From Bacillota bacterium (lineage in GTDB: Bacteria > Bacillota > Clostridia > Saccharofermentanales > DTU023), in the NCBI GenBank assembly GCA_029570375.1, contig JAKPXB010000040.1, forward strand, positions 155,464 to 219,463: a stretch of 64,000 nucleotides of DNA. Direction: 5' to 3'. Position numbers and translations under genes: made by a program. Below are positions 9,801-18,013 of this stretch, in pieces. Position 1 is the first letter of the stretch. Each line of letters starts with the position of its first letter. The notes under the pieces were generated by a model. That model worked only from the letters and a program-made list of their open reading frames with translations. It had not been told where the DNA came from and did not search any database.

Positions 9801-11098
9801 CTTTCCGTTTATCTGAGGCGAAGCGGTGCCGGGCGGAAGCATGGCGCCTGTTCTATGTCGCAATGACAAGAGCCCGGGAACGCCTCTTTCTGCTGTCAAC
9901 CGCGAGGAAAAAACTGGCTGACATGTCAAACATAAAAGCGATTCTCGAAGAAACGGATTATCTGACCTCGGGGTTAACTCCCTCTGACCGCCGGATGCGT
10001 GCCGTTGTCCCCGAGAGCCTTGCCACGGCGGCGTCCAATGATCTGGAACTTCTCTTCTCTGTCCTCGCCGTGAGGGAACCGGATATGGCGGAAGCGGTGG
10101 CTATGGCGGACAGCGGGACATTCCAGTTCCAATCCCTTGAGACATCCGTCACCCCCTGGACGGAGGTGGCCGCTGACGTTTTGAGCCGGCATAACGGACA
10201 GAATCTTTCAGAAGCAGACAGTGAAAACTCTCAGGATTCGACCGGTCAGGCGGCGTCCGGGGAGGCTGCCGACGAGATCGCAGAACAGCTGCTGGCAGAA
10301 ATCCCGCGGCGTATGGCAGCCGACACTCCCGCAAAAATTACCGTCACCGAACTGAGCCGGATGGGCGATGAGCCACGCCACAAGCCTCTTCTCAGCAGCG
10401 AGACAAGCGAGCCTCCGGCCTTGTCACTTGTCGGTTCCGATGACAGCGCGAGACTGGGACCGACCGCACTCACTATCCCGGAGATGTCACGGGCTGATAT
10501 CGCGCTAACCATGCGCGGAAGAGAAGAGACAGAAGTTATCCGGGGGGCATCGCTCGGCACCCTGATGCACAGAGTTTTCCAGTTTATTCGCCTGGAAGAG
10601 CTCGCTCATCGAACAGATGCCGAAGCACAACAAGCCTGCCGCGCCCAGCTTCGTGAACTGGTGCGGAACAAGATCATCACAGAAGAACAGGAAAAAGAGG
10701 CAAGGGCTTTCGCGGGTCAGATCACCGCCTGGGCAAAAAGCCCGCTCGCAGGCCGTCTTCTGAAAACCGAACAATCAACCGGCAGAGTCTACCGTGAGAT
10801 GCCTTTCACCATGGCGCTTCCTTCGTCCCGCCTCGACGATTCATTTCCCCCCGACGAGGTCACGCTTATTCAGGGCATGATCGATCTGTGGTTTATCGAA
10901 GACGATGAGAGGGTGGTCCTTGTCGATTTCAAGACAGACGCGCTTCCCGACGACACGGCGTCCGCTGAAGCGATCGTCCGAAAACGCTATGCGGCGCAGC
11001 TGAAATACTATGCGGAAGCGATCAAACGGGCGACGGGGCGCGGGGTCGACGACATAATCGTCTGGCTTATTCGTTACGCAAAAGCGGTAACATTTTAA
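6854..11098 (+). CDS. addA: AddA-type ATP-dependent helicase/nuclease subunit A (UvrD/PcrA superfamily 1), 1414 aa
   Basis: N-terminus MSDLPWTPEQIFAI and Walker A AAAGSGKT. Helicase motifs IYIDEYQDTS and VGDVKQSIYRFRYA are present. C-terminal RecB-type nuclease motif GMIDLWF...VLVDFKTD. Confidence 0.9.
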   Translation: MSDLPWTPEQIFAIKFDEPHRLLVSAAAGSGKTAVLTERIAERSLKGFISPARLLVMTFTELAAKQMKNKIISRFRELHALSDSEGERKHIERLVREFPLAQISTIHAFCNSVLSSHLTEFTDGEGNPLLEPGYRILEGSEEQNLLSEAVESVLSRLYAQLDTLEKSETEGNPISQSPSRMESTKEIREKDTPCFSEAVPRGIPACADEAAPFVLAGDDCTTAQWLRDFKAVSFAYAPGLDDRPLREAVSAMLEQLRNLPRYEKVIAAAYDDFADSVSSFPNGQTYAYWWELFEKTSERARRALGELQYTDHYARMFDQTPGRKKPKHLVDMADATREMERIVTALGTSVDRSEERWNEIVTCGKTLPALELPGFGSRSSANEEVIAKNAYLEQFFREVFPLAALISNKINRGSERNKKYISQYPPVFTVSVEEARESMRATLGPVARFLETVLLVDAAFKKARFAKNAILFSDIEHGALAILDKSDIGGIVSQQYDEIYIDEYQDTSSIQDAIIASIDRENVFMVGDVKQSIYRFRYANPQLFSARADASLLCRPDRPAGELSPRHAGFLALLNRNFRSRPGIIDFVNGFFSAFLTKTAGEIEYDDTQALEAARPHAGADKTPRCLREPEVVWEIASHTDAGAAIEEISVAEETEPVSLPTDLPPDIPRSAIKIEAWMAARIIGNLLDAGAKPEAIAILLPTNDYCRIYEDVLLSFGIPVTSRSGKTFPDNLVSRQVEALLSVLDNPRQDNPLLSVMIGPFAPDPFTGEELITIAREDACPAGSASSEDRSGEESAGQRATAFFHDRLRHLCARDSLSPLSGKVRTFNERMDRWRILATELNAGEWLDTVFLESDYPSYIARGPLGASHYAELEQLADWLGASGQAGRPGVRAMLHRLRESLNRPVRLDAEAGASPEGSVHLLTRHSSKGLQWDYVLLGGLNRRDTGNRSEQIISYSEQDGLSSFTIGRHGLAVYNNALNQSFRLSEAKRCRAEAWRLFYVAMTRARERLFLLSTARKKLADMSNIKAILEETDYLTSGLTPSDRRMRAVVPESLATAASNDLELLFSVLAVREPDMAEAVAMADSGTFQFQSLETSVTPWTEVAADVLSRHNGQNLSEADSENSQDSTGQAASGEAADEIAEQLLAEIPRRMAADTPAKITVTELSRMGDEPRHKPLLSSETSEPPALSLVGSDDSARLGPTALTIPEMSRADIALTMRGREETEVIRGASLGTLMHRVFQFIRLEELAHRTDAEAQQACRAQLRELVRNKIITEEQEKEARAFAGQITAWAKSPLAGRLLKTEQSTGRVYREMPFTMALPSSRLDDSFPPDEVTLIQGMIDLWFIEDDERVVLVDFKTDALPDDTASAEAIVRKRYAAQLKYYAEAIKRATGRGVDDIIVWLIRYAKAVTF

Positions 11099-11144
11099 CC
11101 CTCTCAGTTGACAAACGGATCAGAAACGTTGAGAATACACCGTG

Positions 11145-11241
11145 GAGATAGATGGGTTCTGGTGTGCCCCGCGGTCTTCAAAACCGTTGAGGGGGGTTCA
11201 TAGCCTCCCGGGTGAGTTCGATTCTCACATGTCTCCGCCAC
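11145..11241 (+). tRNA. selC: tRNA-Sec (anticodon UCA), 97 nt with encoded CCA
   Basis: Hand fold: acceptor GGAGATA/TGTCTCC (7 bp plus a G.A), a 6-bp D stem with 4-nt loop (GGGTTC-TGGT-GTGCCC), and an anticodon stem GCGGT/ACCGT with loop CTTCAAA, identical to the E. coli selC loop. The long variable arm is GGGGGG-TTCATAG-CCTCCC. The T arm is 5 bp, GTGAG-TTCGATT-CTCAC, with discriminator G + CCA. Confidence 0.9.
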
Positions 11242-11277
11242 CGAAACGCGCTGGCTTTCTATCACCGAAGGCAATAG

Positions 11278-11298
11278 AGCCGGCGCGTTCGGCTTTTT
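11278..11298 (+). terminator. Weak intrinsic terminator after selC
   Basis: AGCCG-gcgcgtt-CGGCT followed by TTTTT. The stem is only 5 bp. Confidence 0.4.
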
Positions 11299-11406
11299 AT
11301 CTGACAGACACAATATCTGCAAAGATGATCTCGGGACACAGACCGAGAACGGAAACGCCCCCGTGGCTTTCTGTCGCGAAAGGAGACGCGGCTATCCGCA
11401 TACCGC

Positions 11407-12597
11407 ATGATCAGACGCACAGGCACAACCTCCAGAGGAATACGCACTCCTATAATCAGAAGCGGAGACAACCTTATCCGCATAATTGTCGACAGCGTGA
11501 TACAGGCGGCTGAAGACGAAGGTTTTGAACTCCACGACCGCGACGTAGTCGCGGTGACTGAGTCAGTCGTCGCGCGCGCGGAAAACAATTACGCCACATG
11601 TGACGACATCGCGGCCGATGTACAGAGGCTTTTCCCCGAAGGGGAAGTGGGGGTCGTCTTTCCCATCTTAAGCCGCAACCGGTTTGCTATCAATCTGCGC
11701 GGGATCGCGCGGGGTGTGAAAAAAGTCGTGCTGCAGCTCAGCTACCCCTCTGACGAAGTGGGCAACAGCCTGATGGATCTCGAACAGATGGATGAAAAGG
11801 GTGTGGACCCTCTCTCCGATTGTCTGACGGAAGAGCGCTATCGCGAGCTCTTCGGCGTTAATCCGCATAAATTCACAGGCGTCGATTACGTCGAATTCTA
11901 TAAGGGGATTATTGCGGCCGAAGGAGCGGAAGCGGAAATTATTCTGGCGAACAATCCGGTCGCCATTCTCTCAAAAACACCTTACGTGATCGCGGCTGAT
12001 ATACACACGCGCCATCGCACCAGGCGGCTGCTCGAACGGGCAGGCGCCAAAAGAGTTCTCGGGCTCGATCATATTCTGGCGGCTCCCGTCAACGGAAGCG
12101 GTTACAACGAAAAGTACGGGCTTCTCGGCAGCAATAAAGCGGGCGAAGAGCGGGTCAAACTCTTTCCGCGCGGTGGCAGCGAGCTGGTCGGGGCGATCGC
12201 GTCGGAACTTCTGCGGAAGACAGGCAGACACATGGAAGTCATGATTTACGGCGACGGCGCGTTCAAAGACCCTGTGTGCAAAATATGGGAACTTGCGGAC
12301 CCCGTCGTTTCCCCTGCCTATACGAGCGGACTCCGGGGGCGGCCGCGCGAACTCAAACTGAAATACCTCGCCGACAATGAGTTTGCCGCTCTATCCGGCA
12401 GGGAACTCGATGAAGCCGTCAGGAGTGCCATTCGTAAAAAAGAACTCAATCAACAAGCTGACGATAAGGCAGAGGGAACGACACCTCGCCAGCTATCCGA
12501 TCTGCTCGGCTCTCTCGCCGATCTCACCTCCGGAAGCGGCGATAAAGGCACCCCTGTCGTTCTCATTCAAGGATACTTTGACAGTCTGTCCGACTGA
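11407..12597 (+). CDS. CofE-like (F420-0:gamma-glutamyl ligase family, PF01996-like) protein, 396 aa
   Basis: N-terminus GIRTPIIRSGDNL...DRDVVAVTESVVARAENNY and later YGLLGSNKAGEERVKLFP resemble the CofE fold motifs (SK..EGR, G.D.SN...LLP). This is family recognition by eye only. Confidence 0.55.
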   Translation: MIRRTGTTSRGIRTPIIRSGDNLIRIIVDSVIQAAEDEGFELHDRDVVAVTESVVARAENNYATCDDIAADVQRLFPEGEVGVVFPILSRNRFAINLRGIARGVKKVVLQLSYPSDEVGNSLMDLEQMDEKGVDPLSDCLTEERYRELFGVNPHKFTGVDYVEFYKGIIAAEGAEAEIILANNPVAILSKTPYVIAADIHTRHRTRRLLERAGAKRVLGLDHILAAPVNGSGYNEKYGLLGSNKAGEERVKLFPRGGSELVGAIASELLRKTGRHMEVMIYGDGAFKDPVCKIWELADPVVSPAYTSGLRGRPRELKLKYLADNEFAALSGRELDEAVRSAIRKKELNQQADDKAEGTTPRQLSDLLGSLADLTSGSGDKGTPVVLIQGYFDSLSD

Positions 12598-12642
12598 TAT
12601 CCGAGACGGGCCTTCCCTGTCATCAGCGAAAGGAGGGTTTAC

Positions 12643-13443
12643 ATGTCAGGATTAACCGTATTGATTCGAGGCGGCGGAGACCTCGCTTCGGCCGCCGTTT
12701 ACAAACTCAAACGATCCGGGATGCGTGTCGTCGTGTGCGAGATTGCCCGCCCGACTTGTGTCCGCCGAACCGTTTCCTTCTGCAACGCCATTTATGAAGG
12801 CGATTGGGAGATTCAGGGCATCACCTCGCGTCATATTGAGCATCTCTCCGCTATCGAACCGACATTGAAAGCCGGCTTTGTCCCCGTTCTGACGATTCCG
12901 GACCGGGAAGTACGCGACTTTCTCAAACCGGATGTATTTATCGACGCGACCATTTCGAAAAAAACGCCGGACTACGACACCTCATGGGCGCCGCTGGTTA
13001 TCGGGCTTGGACCGTCGATCGTAGCCGGTGTGCACGCCCATGTTGTCATCGAAACACAGAGAGGACATGATCTCGGAAGTTTAATTTATGCCGGCGAAGC
13101 GTCCCCCAACACCGGCATCCCGGGCGATATCGCGGGATATCAAATGGAAAGAGTCCTGCGCGCCCCCCGGAACGGTCTCGCCTGTCACCACTTTCGTATC
13201 GGCGATCATGTCAACGCCGGCGACACCGTCATGACGGTCGGCGGGGCAGAGGTCAAAGCCGCCATCTCCGGCGTCCTCCGCGGACTTATCGCCCCCGGCC
13301 TCACTGTCTCGGAAGGGCAGAAAATCGGCGATATCGATCCCCGCGACAATGACCGCTATTGCTGGTCTATCAGTGATAAGGGGCGCAATATAGCGGGCGG
13401 CGTTCTCGAAGCGATTATGGCTTTTTTCGCCTCTCCGAATTAA
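12643..13443 (+). CDS. yqeB: YqeB-family selenium-dependent molybdenum hydroxylase system protein
   Basis: RBS GAAAGGAGG. N-terminus VLIRGGGDLASAAVYKLKRSGMRVVVCEIARPTCVRRTVSF is characteristic of the YqeB/EF2563 family (TIGR03309-like). It is adjacent to yqeC. Confidence 0.75.
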   Translation: MSGLTVLIRGGGDLASAAVYKLKRSGMRVVVCEIARPTCVRRTVSFCNAIYEGDWEIQGITSRHIEHLSAIEPTLKAGFVPVLTIPDREVRDFLKPDVFIDATISKKTPDYDTSWAPLVIGLGPSIVAGVHAHVVIETQRGHDLGSLIYAGEASPNTGIPGDIAGYQMERVLRAPRNGLACHHFRIGDHVNAGDTVMTVGGAEVKAAISGVLRGLIAPGLTVSEGQKIGDIDPRDNDRYCWSISDKGRNIAGGVLEAIMAFFASPN

Positions 13444-13501
13444 TGCCGATACTTCCGCGATACAGGTCAGGCTCGACGCAGGAAAGTGCAGGCTGTCATC
13501 G

Positions 13502-15019
13502 GTGATTCACCCAGAAGATAAAAAAGGAACGGATACTTCCGCACATGAGGATTCACTCGAAGGTTACATCCGCTCACTGTTACAGGAGCGGGCGCGGCGC
13601 TATGCGTCCCCTTTTGTGGTAAGTGCGGTCGGCGGAGGCGGCAAAACGACAACACTCGTCCGCCTGTTCATGGAAAACTTCAAGCCTCGCTCTGTCCTGA
13701 CCACGACAACCGCCATGTTCGCTCCCGATTTCCGCGGCGACGCGATGAATCCTTACCTTCCGTTTCAGCCGCTCGATGCGGCGCTTCTTGAGATCACCGC
13801 CCGTCCGCCGGATAAATCCTGCGTCTGGTTCGGAGCCCCTTTTGGTGATATCCCGGGGAAATACCACGGCATCACGCCACAGGAACTCGACGCGTTTGTC
13901 CGCGGCAGACGCGACCGGGAGGACAGAAGCTGGATACTGCTCTGCGAGGCGGACGGATCGAAACGGAAGCCTTTGAAAGCTCACGCAGCGCATGAGCCGG
14001 TCATCCCCCGGACAACTGATCTGACCTTGATCGTCTTCGGCCTCTCAGGCGTCGGGAAGCCTCTGTCAGAACAATATATCCATCGTTCCGAACACTTCGC
14101 GGAAGCGGTAGGAAAACGCGAAGGTGATATCATCTCTTTTGACGACTTGATCGGGCTCCTGCGAAACGAACATTTTCTGAAGGGAATTCCTCCCACGAGC
14201 CGCGTCGTGGTTGTCTTCAACCAGATGGATTCTCTGCCGTCCCCGATGCGCGATACAAGCGCCGTCCTGCATCGGATGGACGAAGTGCTGCAAGTCCCGC
14301 GGATTGACGCCGTCTTTTTCACGGGCGGCGCGGGTACGGCTCACGGCACCGCCGCGGGAAAGGTCAGGAACAGAACAGGTTCTCCCCTTTTCTCCGCCAT
14401 AATTCTCGCCGCGGGATTATCGACACGCATGGGAACGGAGAACAAGCTTCTGCTTCCGCTCGACGGAAAGACAGTCATCGGACACACTGTTTCGCGTGTG
14501 CTCGCCAGCGATATCCGTGAACTCATTGTGGTTGTCGGCCATGAGGCCGCGAAAGTCAGACAGGCTGTGCTGGCCGAGACATGTAAAAACAAACGCCCGG
14601 ACACAGAGGTTAAAATCGTGTTCAACGATTCTTATGAAAACGGACAGGGCACATCTGTCTCGTGCGGCACACGCCGGCTGGACGGGGACAGCGCCGCCTG
14701 CTTTTATATCCCTGGCGATCAGCCTTTTATATCCCCCGCTGTTATGAGAGCGTTGGCCGAATCATCTGAACCGGGGAAGATCGTTGTTCCGGTCGTCAAC
14801 GGGAGGCGCACTTCACCCGCACTCTTCGACCGCTCTCTCTATCCGGAACTCGCCTGCCTTAGCGGCGACAGAGGCGGACGCCAGGTGATTGACTCACATG
14901 AGAGCGACGCCGTCGCGGAGATTATCTGTCACGACGAGCTCTCCGGCTTCGACCTCGACACCCGGGAATCGTACGAGGCAGCGATAATTAAGCGGGCAGA
15001 AATGAGAAGGAGCGAATGA
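13502..15019 (+). CDS. yqeC: Fusion protein: YqeC-family selenium cofactor biosynthesis domain + MobA/MocA-like Moco nucleotidyltransferase domain
   Basis: GTG start. N-terminal half has FVVSAVGGGGKTTTLVRL (YqeC P-loop). C-terminal half has SAIILAAGLSTRMGTENKLLLPLDGKTVI...IPGDQPFISP (MobA-like NTP-transferase). Confidence 0.75.
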   Translation: MIHPEDKKGTDTSAHEDSLEGYIRSLLQERARRYASPFVVSAVGGGGKTTTLVRLFMENFKPRSVLTTTTAMFAPDFRGDAMNPYLPFQPLDAALLEITARPPDKSCVWFGAPFGDIPGKYHGITPQELDAFVRGRRDREDRSWILLCEADGSKRKPLKAHAAHEPVIPRTTDLTLIVFGLSGVGKPLSEQYIHRSEHFAEAVGKREGDIISFDDLIGLLRNEHFLKGIPPTSRVVVVFNQMDSLPSPMRDTSAVLHRMDEVLQVPRIDAVFFTGGAGTAHGTAAGKVRNRTGSPLFSAIILAAGLSTRMGTENKLLLPLDGKTVIGHTVSRVLASDIRELIVVVGHEAAKVRQAVLAETCKNKRPDTEVKIVFNDSYENGQGTSVSCGTRRLDGDSAACFYIPGDQPFISPAVMRALAESSEPGKIVVPVVNGRRTSPALFDRSLYPELACLSGDRGGRQVIDSHESDAVAEIICHDELSGFDLDTRESYEAAIIKRAEMRRSE

Positions 15020-15054
15020 CCGCGGCAGAGCCTTCGCGGCCATTTTGTTGAAGG

Positions 15055-16587
15055 ATGAATCATTGTCAGAAAAGAACACCCGGCAGGAGGAAACTCCCCC
15101 CGGCTGTGAAAATTGTTTCCTTTTTCGCGGTGAGTGTTATGCTCTTCGCCATATTGTGGGCGGCATTAACTTACGACCATGTCAGTCTCTCGGAGATCAT
15201 TTTCCACCTGCATGTCCCGATGACAGGTACGGACAAAAACCTCACCCTCAAGGGGATCCTGTCAACATTCATTCCCGCTGTCGGTGTAACGCTGCTATTC
15301 GCTTTTCTGATCCTCCCGCGCCGCGGCAGAACAGATGCTCACAAAAGGCGATGGTATGAATGGCGGGGGAAACCCTGGATGGCGCGCGCGCTCACCATGG
15401 CTGTCATCGCCGGTCTCCTCTTCCTTTTGCACTTTAACCTCCATTTTCTGAACTATATTACTTCCCAGTTCAACTATTCTTCATTCATTGAATCCCACTA
15501 TGCCGACCCCAATTGCGTCAATCTGAAAGCGCCGGAGAAAAAGCGAAACCTGATCTTTATCTATATGGAATCGATGGAAGCGACTTACGCCGACATCGAA
15601 TCGGGCGGCATGATGCCGGAGAACAGAATCCCGCATCTGACAGACATGGCGAAGAACAATTTATGTTTTTCTCATCACGATCAGGCAGTCGGCGGTTTCA
15701 GGAACAGCATCGGGACAAGCTGGACAGTGGGAGGCGCTTTCGGATCGATGTCGGGACTTCCCCTTTGTATTCCCGTCTCACAGAAAGTGACAGCGAAACT
15801 CGAATCTTTTTTCCCGGGAGTCACGGCACTCGGCGATATCCTGGAGAGAGACGGGTATCGGAATGTGCTGCTGGCGGACAACAAAACTGAATTCGGCGGC
15901 CAGAAATTACTCTTTCAGAAACACGGTAACTACGAAATACTCGATTACGACTGGGCGCATGAGAACGGTAAAATACCGAAAGGATACTTTACTTTCTGGG
16001 GATTTGAAGATTACCGCCTGTACGAGATAGCCCGTGAAAAACTGACGGCTCTCGCTGAGTCGGACAGACCTTTTAACTTGACATTGTTTACGCTTGACAC
16101 GCATTTTGAAGATGGATTGCTCTGCCCGAAATGCAGGCATGATTTCGACGATCAGTATTCGCGCGTGATCGCCTGCGCCGATCGCCAGGTGTACGACTTT
16201 GTTCAATGGATCCAACAACAGGATTTCTATAAGGACACGACCATCGTCATCGTCGGGGACCACCTCACGATGGATAAAGATTATTGCAAGGATATCGAGC
16301 GCGAAGACCGCGCTGTCTACAACTGCCTGATCAACTCTGTCGTACAGGCGGAGAGGAAAAACAACCGCGAATTTATGATCATCGATATGTTCCCGACAAC
16401 GCTGGCCGCCCTTGGCTACACTTTTGACGGGAACCGCCTGGGGCTGGGCACCAATCTGTTCTCCTCCGGGGAAACATTGTGCGAACAGTACGGCACCGCA
16501 GAAGTGGATAAACAATTCTCGTACCGTTCGGGATTTTACGAGAGAGAACTCCTCTACGGCCTCAGAACAGCCCCTACGACCGATTGA
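15055..16587 (+). CDS. LTA synthase / phosphoglycerol-transferase (sulfatase) family membrane protein
   Basis: N-terminal TM helices, then NLIFIYMESMEATYAD...TSWTVGG...TLDTHF...IVIVGDH, a sulfatase-type core. Confidence 0.75.
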   Translation: MNHCQKRTPGRRKLPPAVKIVSFFAVSVMLFAILWAALTYDHVSLSEIIFHLHVPMTGTDKNLTLKGILSTFIPAVGVTLLFAFLILPRRGRTDAHKRRWYEWRGKPWMARALTMAVIAGLLFLLHFNLHFLNYITSQFNYSSFIESHYADPNCVNLKAPEKKRNLIFIYMESMEATYADIESGGMMPENRIPHLTDMAKNNLCFSHHDQAVGGFRNSIGTSWTVGGAFGSMSGLPLCIPVSQKVTAKLESFFPGVTALGDILERDGYRNVLLADNKTEFGGQKLLFQKHGNYEILDYDWAHENGKIPKGYFTFWGFEDYRLYEIAREKLTALAESDRPFNLTLFTLDTHFEDGLLCPKCRHDFDDQYSRVIACADRQVYDFVQWIQQQDFYKDTTIVIVGDHLTMDKDYCKDIEREDRAVYNCLINSVVQAERKNNREFMIIDMFPTTLAALGYTFDGNRLGLGTNLFSSGETLCEQYGTAEVDKQFSYRSGFYERELLYGLRTAPTTD

Positions 16588-16630
16588 CTCCTAAACTGAC
16601 GATCGGATAAACGAAAATGCCGCGGACTGT

Positions 16631-17524
16631 TCAGTACTGTTCCCTCTCCGTCACACATTCTGACTTTATCTTCCCGACGAGAAATTCCAGAGCGTTTATA
16701 ACGTGCGGGCGTATATCGCCTCCGACCATGACACGCATGATGTGATCACCCACGGAAAGCATGCCCTCATTCGTCCAGACACGGACATAATAGATCCCGG
16801 GCATTTCCCGGACCTCGGCCATGGCGGCGTCGACTTTTTCCCTGTCGCAGGAAAACAGCATGCCGGTGACCGGCGGCGCGTCCTTCTCTCCCCAGCGCGC
16901 CGCTGCCCGCGCCGTCCCGCGGACGATACCGCTGTGGGTCAGAAACATGCCTATCTTCCCCGCGTTCTCGCAATATTTTGCTTCTTCGAGCCACTCATCC
17001 ATTGACGGAGCCGTCTTCTGGTCACCGGCGGACGCCGCGCAATCGGCCGATCCGGAAGAAAACAACATCTCCAGTCCGTGATCGATAGCGCCCAGCACCG
17101 CCGCCAGGTTTTCCTTTGCCGCCTTCTCGCTTCCGGGGAGGTTGACAATAAGCGTTCGGCCTCGGATGCCTGCGGCTGCCCTGGACAGGCAGGCCCGCGG
17201 CGTAAATTTCAGGCTCTCCGCCCGCATGGCTTCCGGGATACCGCGCGTCTCGCGCTCGACGACCGCCAAAGTCGCTTCAGGCGTCACGTCACGTGGGGAA
17301 AAACCGGTTCCTCCTGTTGTCAGAACAAGAGCGACGCGCAGGTGGTCGGCACATTTGACGAGCTCTTCTTTTATGATTTCCGTTTCATCGGGGATGATGC
17401 CCCTGTACGCGATTTCATATCCCGCCTTTTCCAGAATGGCGCAGACAGCCCGGCCACTCGTGTCAACGCGTTCACCACGCGCCCCCTTATCGCTTACGGT
17501 GATCACCGCCGCTGTGTATTTCAT
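16631..17524 (-). CDS. MogA/MoaB-type molybdopterin adenylyltransferase domain fused to a C-terminal MoaE-like domain
   Basis: I chose the start MKYTAAVITVSDKG (ATG 17524), which overlaps the moaC stop as ATGA. The MoaB/Mog core is LVLTTGGTGFSPRDVTPEA. The C-terminal ~130 aa (GMFLTHSGIVRGT...VGDHIMRVMVGGDIRPHVINALEFLVGKIK) is MoaE-like and that call is tentative. The upstream 87 codons of the track ORF overlap moaC and are discounted. Confidence 0.7.
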   Translation of the reverse strand: MKYTAAVITVSDKGARGERVDTSGRAVCAILEKAGYEIAYRGIIPDETEIIKEELVKCADHLRVALVLTTGGTGFSPRDVTPEATLAVVERETRGIPEAMRAESLKFTPRACLSRAAAGIRGRTLIVNLPGSEKAAKENLAAVLGAIDHGLEMLFSSGSADCAASAGDQKTAPSMDEWLEEAKYCENAGKIGMFLTHSGIVRGTARAAARWGEKDAPPVTGMLFSCDREKVDAAMAEVREMPGIYYVRVWTNEGMLSVGDHIMRVMVGGDIRPHVINALEFLVGKIKSECVTEREQY

Positions 17525-18009
17525 GCTCTGCCATCCTCTCTGTGAAAATCCCCATGAATACCGCCGGTTTTGTCCAGCAGGCGTATATCTGTGATGAGCA
17601 TGTCCCTCTGCACCGCTTTGCACATGTCGTAGATGGCCAGCGACGCGACGGACACCGCTGTCAGCGCTTCCATCTCCACTCCGGTACGCCCCCCGCAGGA
17701 GACTTTTGCGGTTATCTCGACAGAACAGCGCGACTCGTCCAGTGAGAGTGAGATATCCACGCCGTCTATCATAACCGGATGGCACATGGGAATGATATCC
17801 GGTGTGCGTTTCGCGCCCATGATGCCGGCTACCTGCGCCACCGTCAGCACATCGCCCTTCCTGACGCCGCCGGTTTTTATTAGTTCCAATGTCTCACGGC
17901 TGACCAGCACCCGCGCCGAGGCAGCCGCGGTGCGGCGGGTGGGAGTTTTGCCGCCGACATCGACCATTTTCGCCCGGCCTTCGGCGTTGAAATGTGTGAA
18001 ATCGCTCAT
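17521..18009 (-). CDS. moaC: Cyclic pyranopterin monophosphate synthase MoaC
   Basis: MVDVGGK..T.R.A.A...TGGVRKGDVLTVAQVAGIMGAKRTPDIIPMCHP...GVEMEALTA is the canonical MoaC core. Confidence 0.9.
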   Translation of the reverse strand: MSDFTHFNAEGRAKMVDVGGKTPTRRTAAASARVLVSRETLELIKTGGVRKGDVLTVAQVAGIMGAKRTPDIIPMCHPVMIDGVDISLSLDESRCSVEITAKVSCGGRTGVEMEALTAVSVASLAIYDMCKAVQRDMLITDIRLLDKTGGIHGDFHREDGRA

Positions 18010-18013
18010 CCTT

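Noticed and set aside
16631-17785. Longer N-terminal extensions of several track ORFs. Examples are mog 17785, moeA 25691, aminotransferase 41416, peptidase 53011, amrA 63952 and permease 29090.
   Set aside because: The extensions overlap upstream genes or lack RBSs. Internal ATGs with good Shine-Dalgarno sites coincide with the canonical family N-termini.
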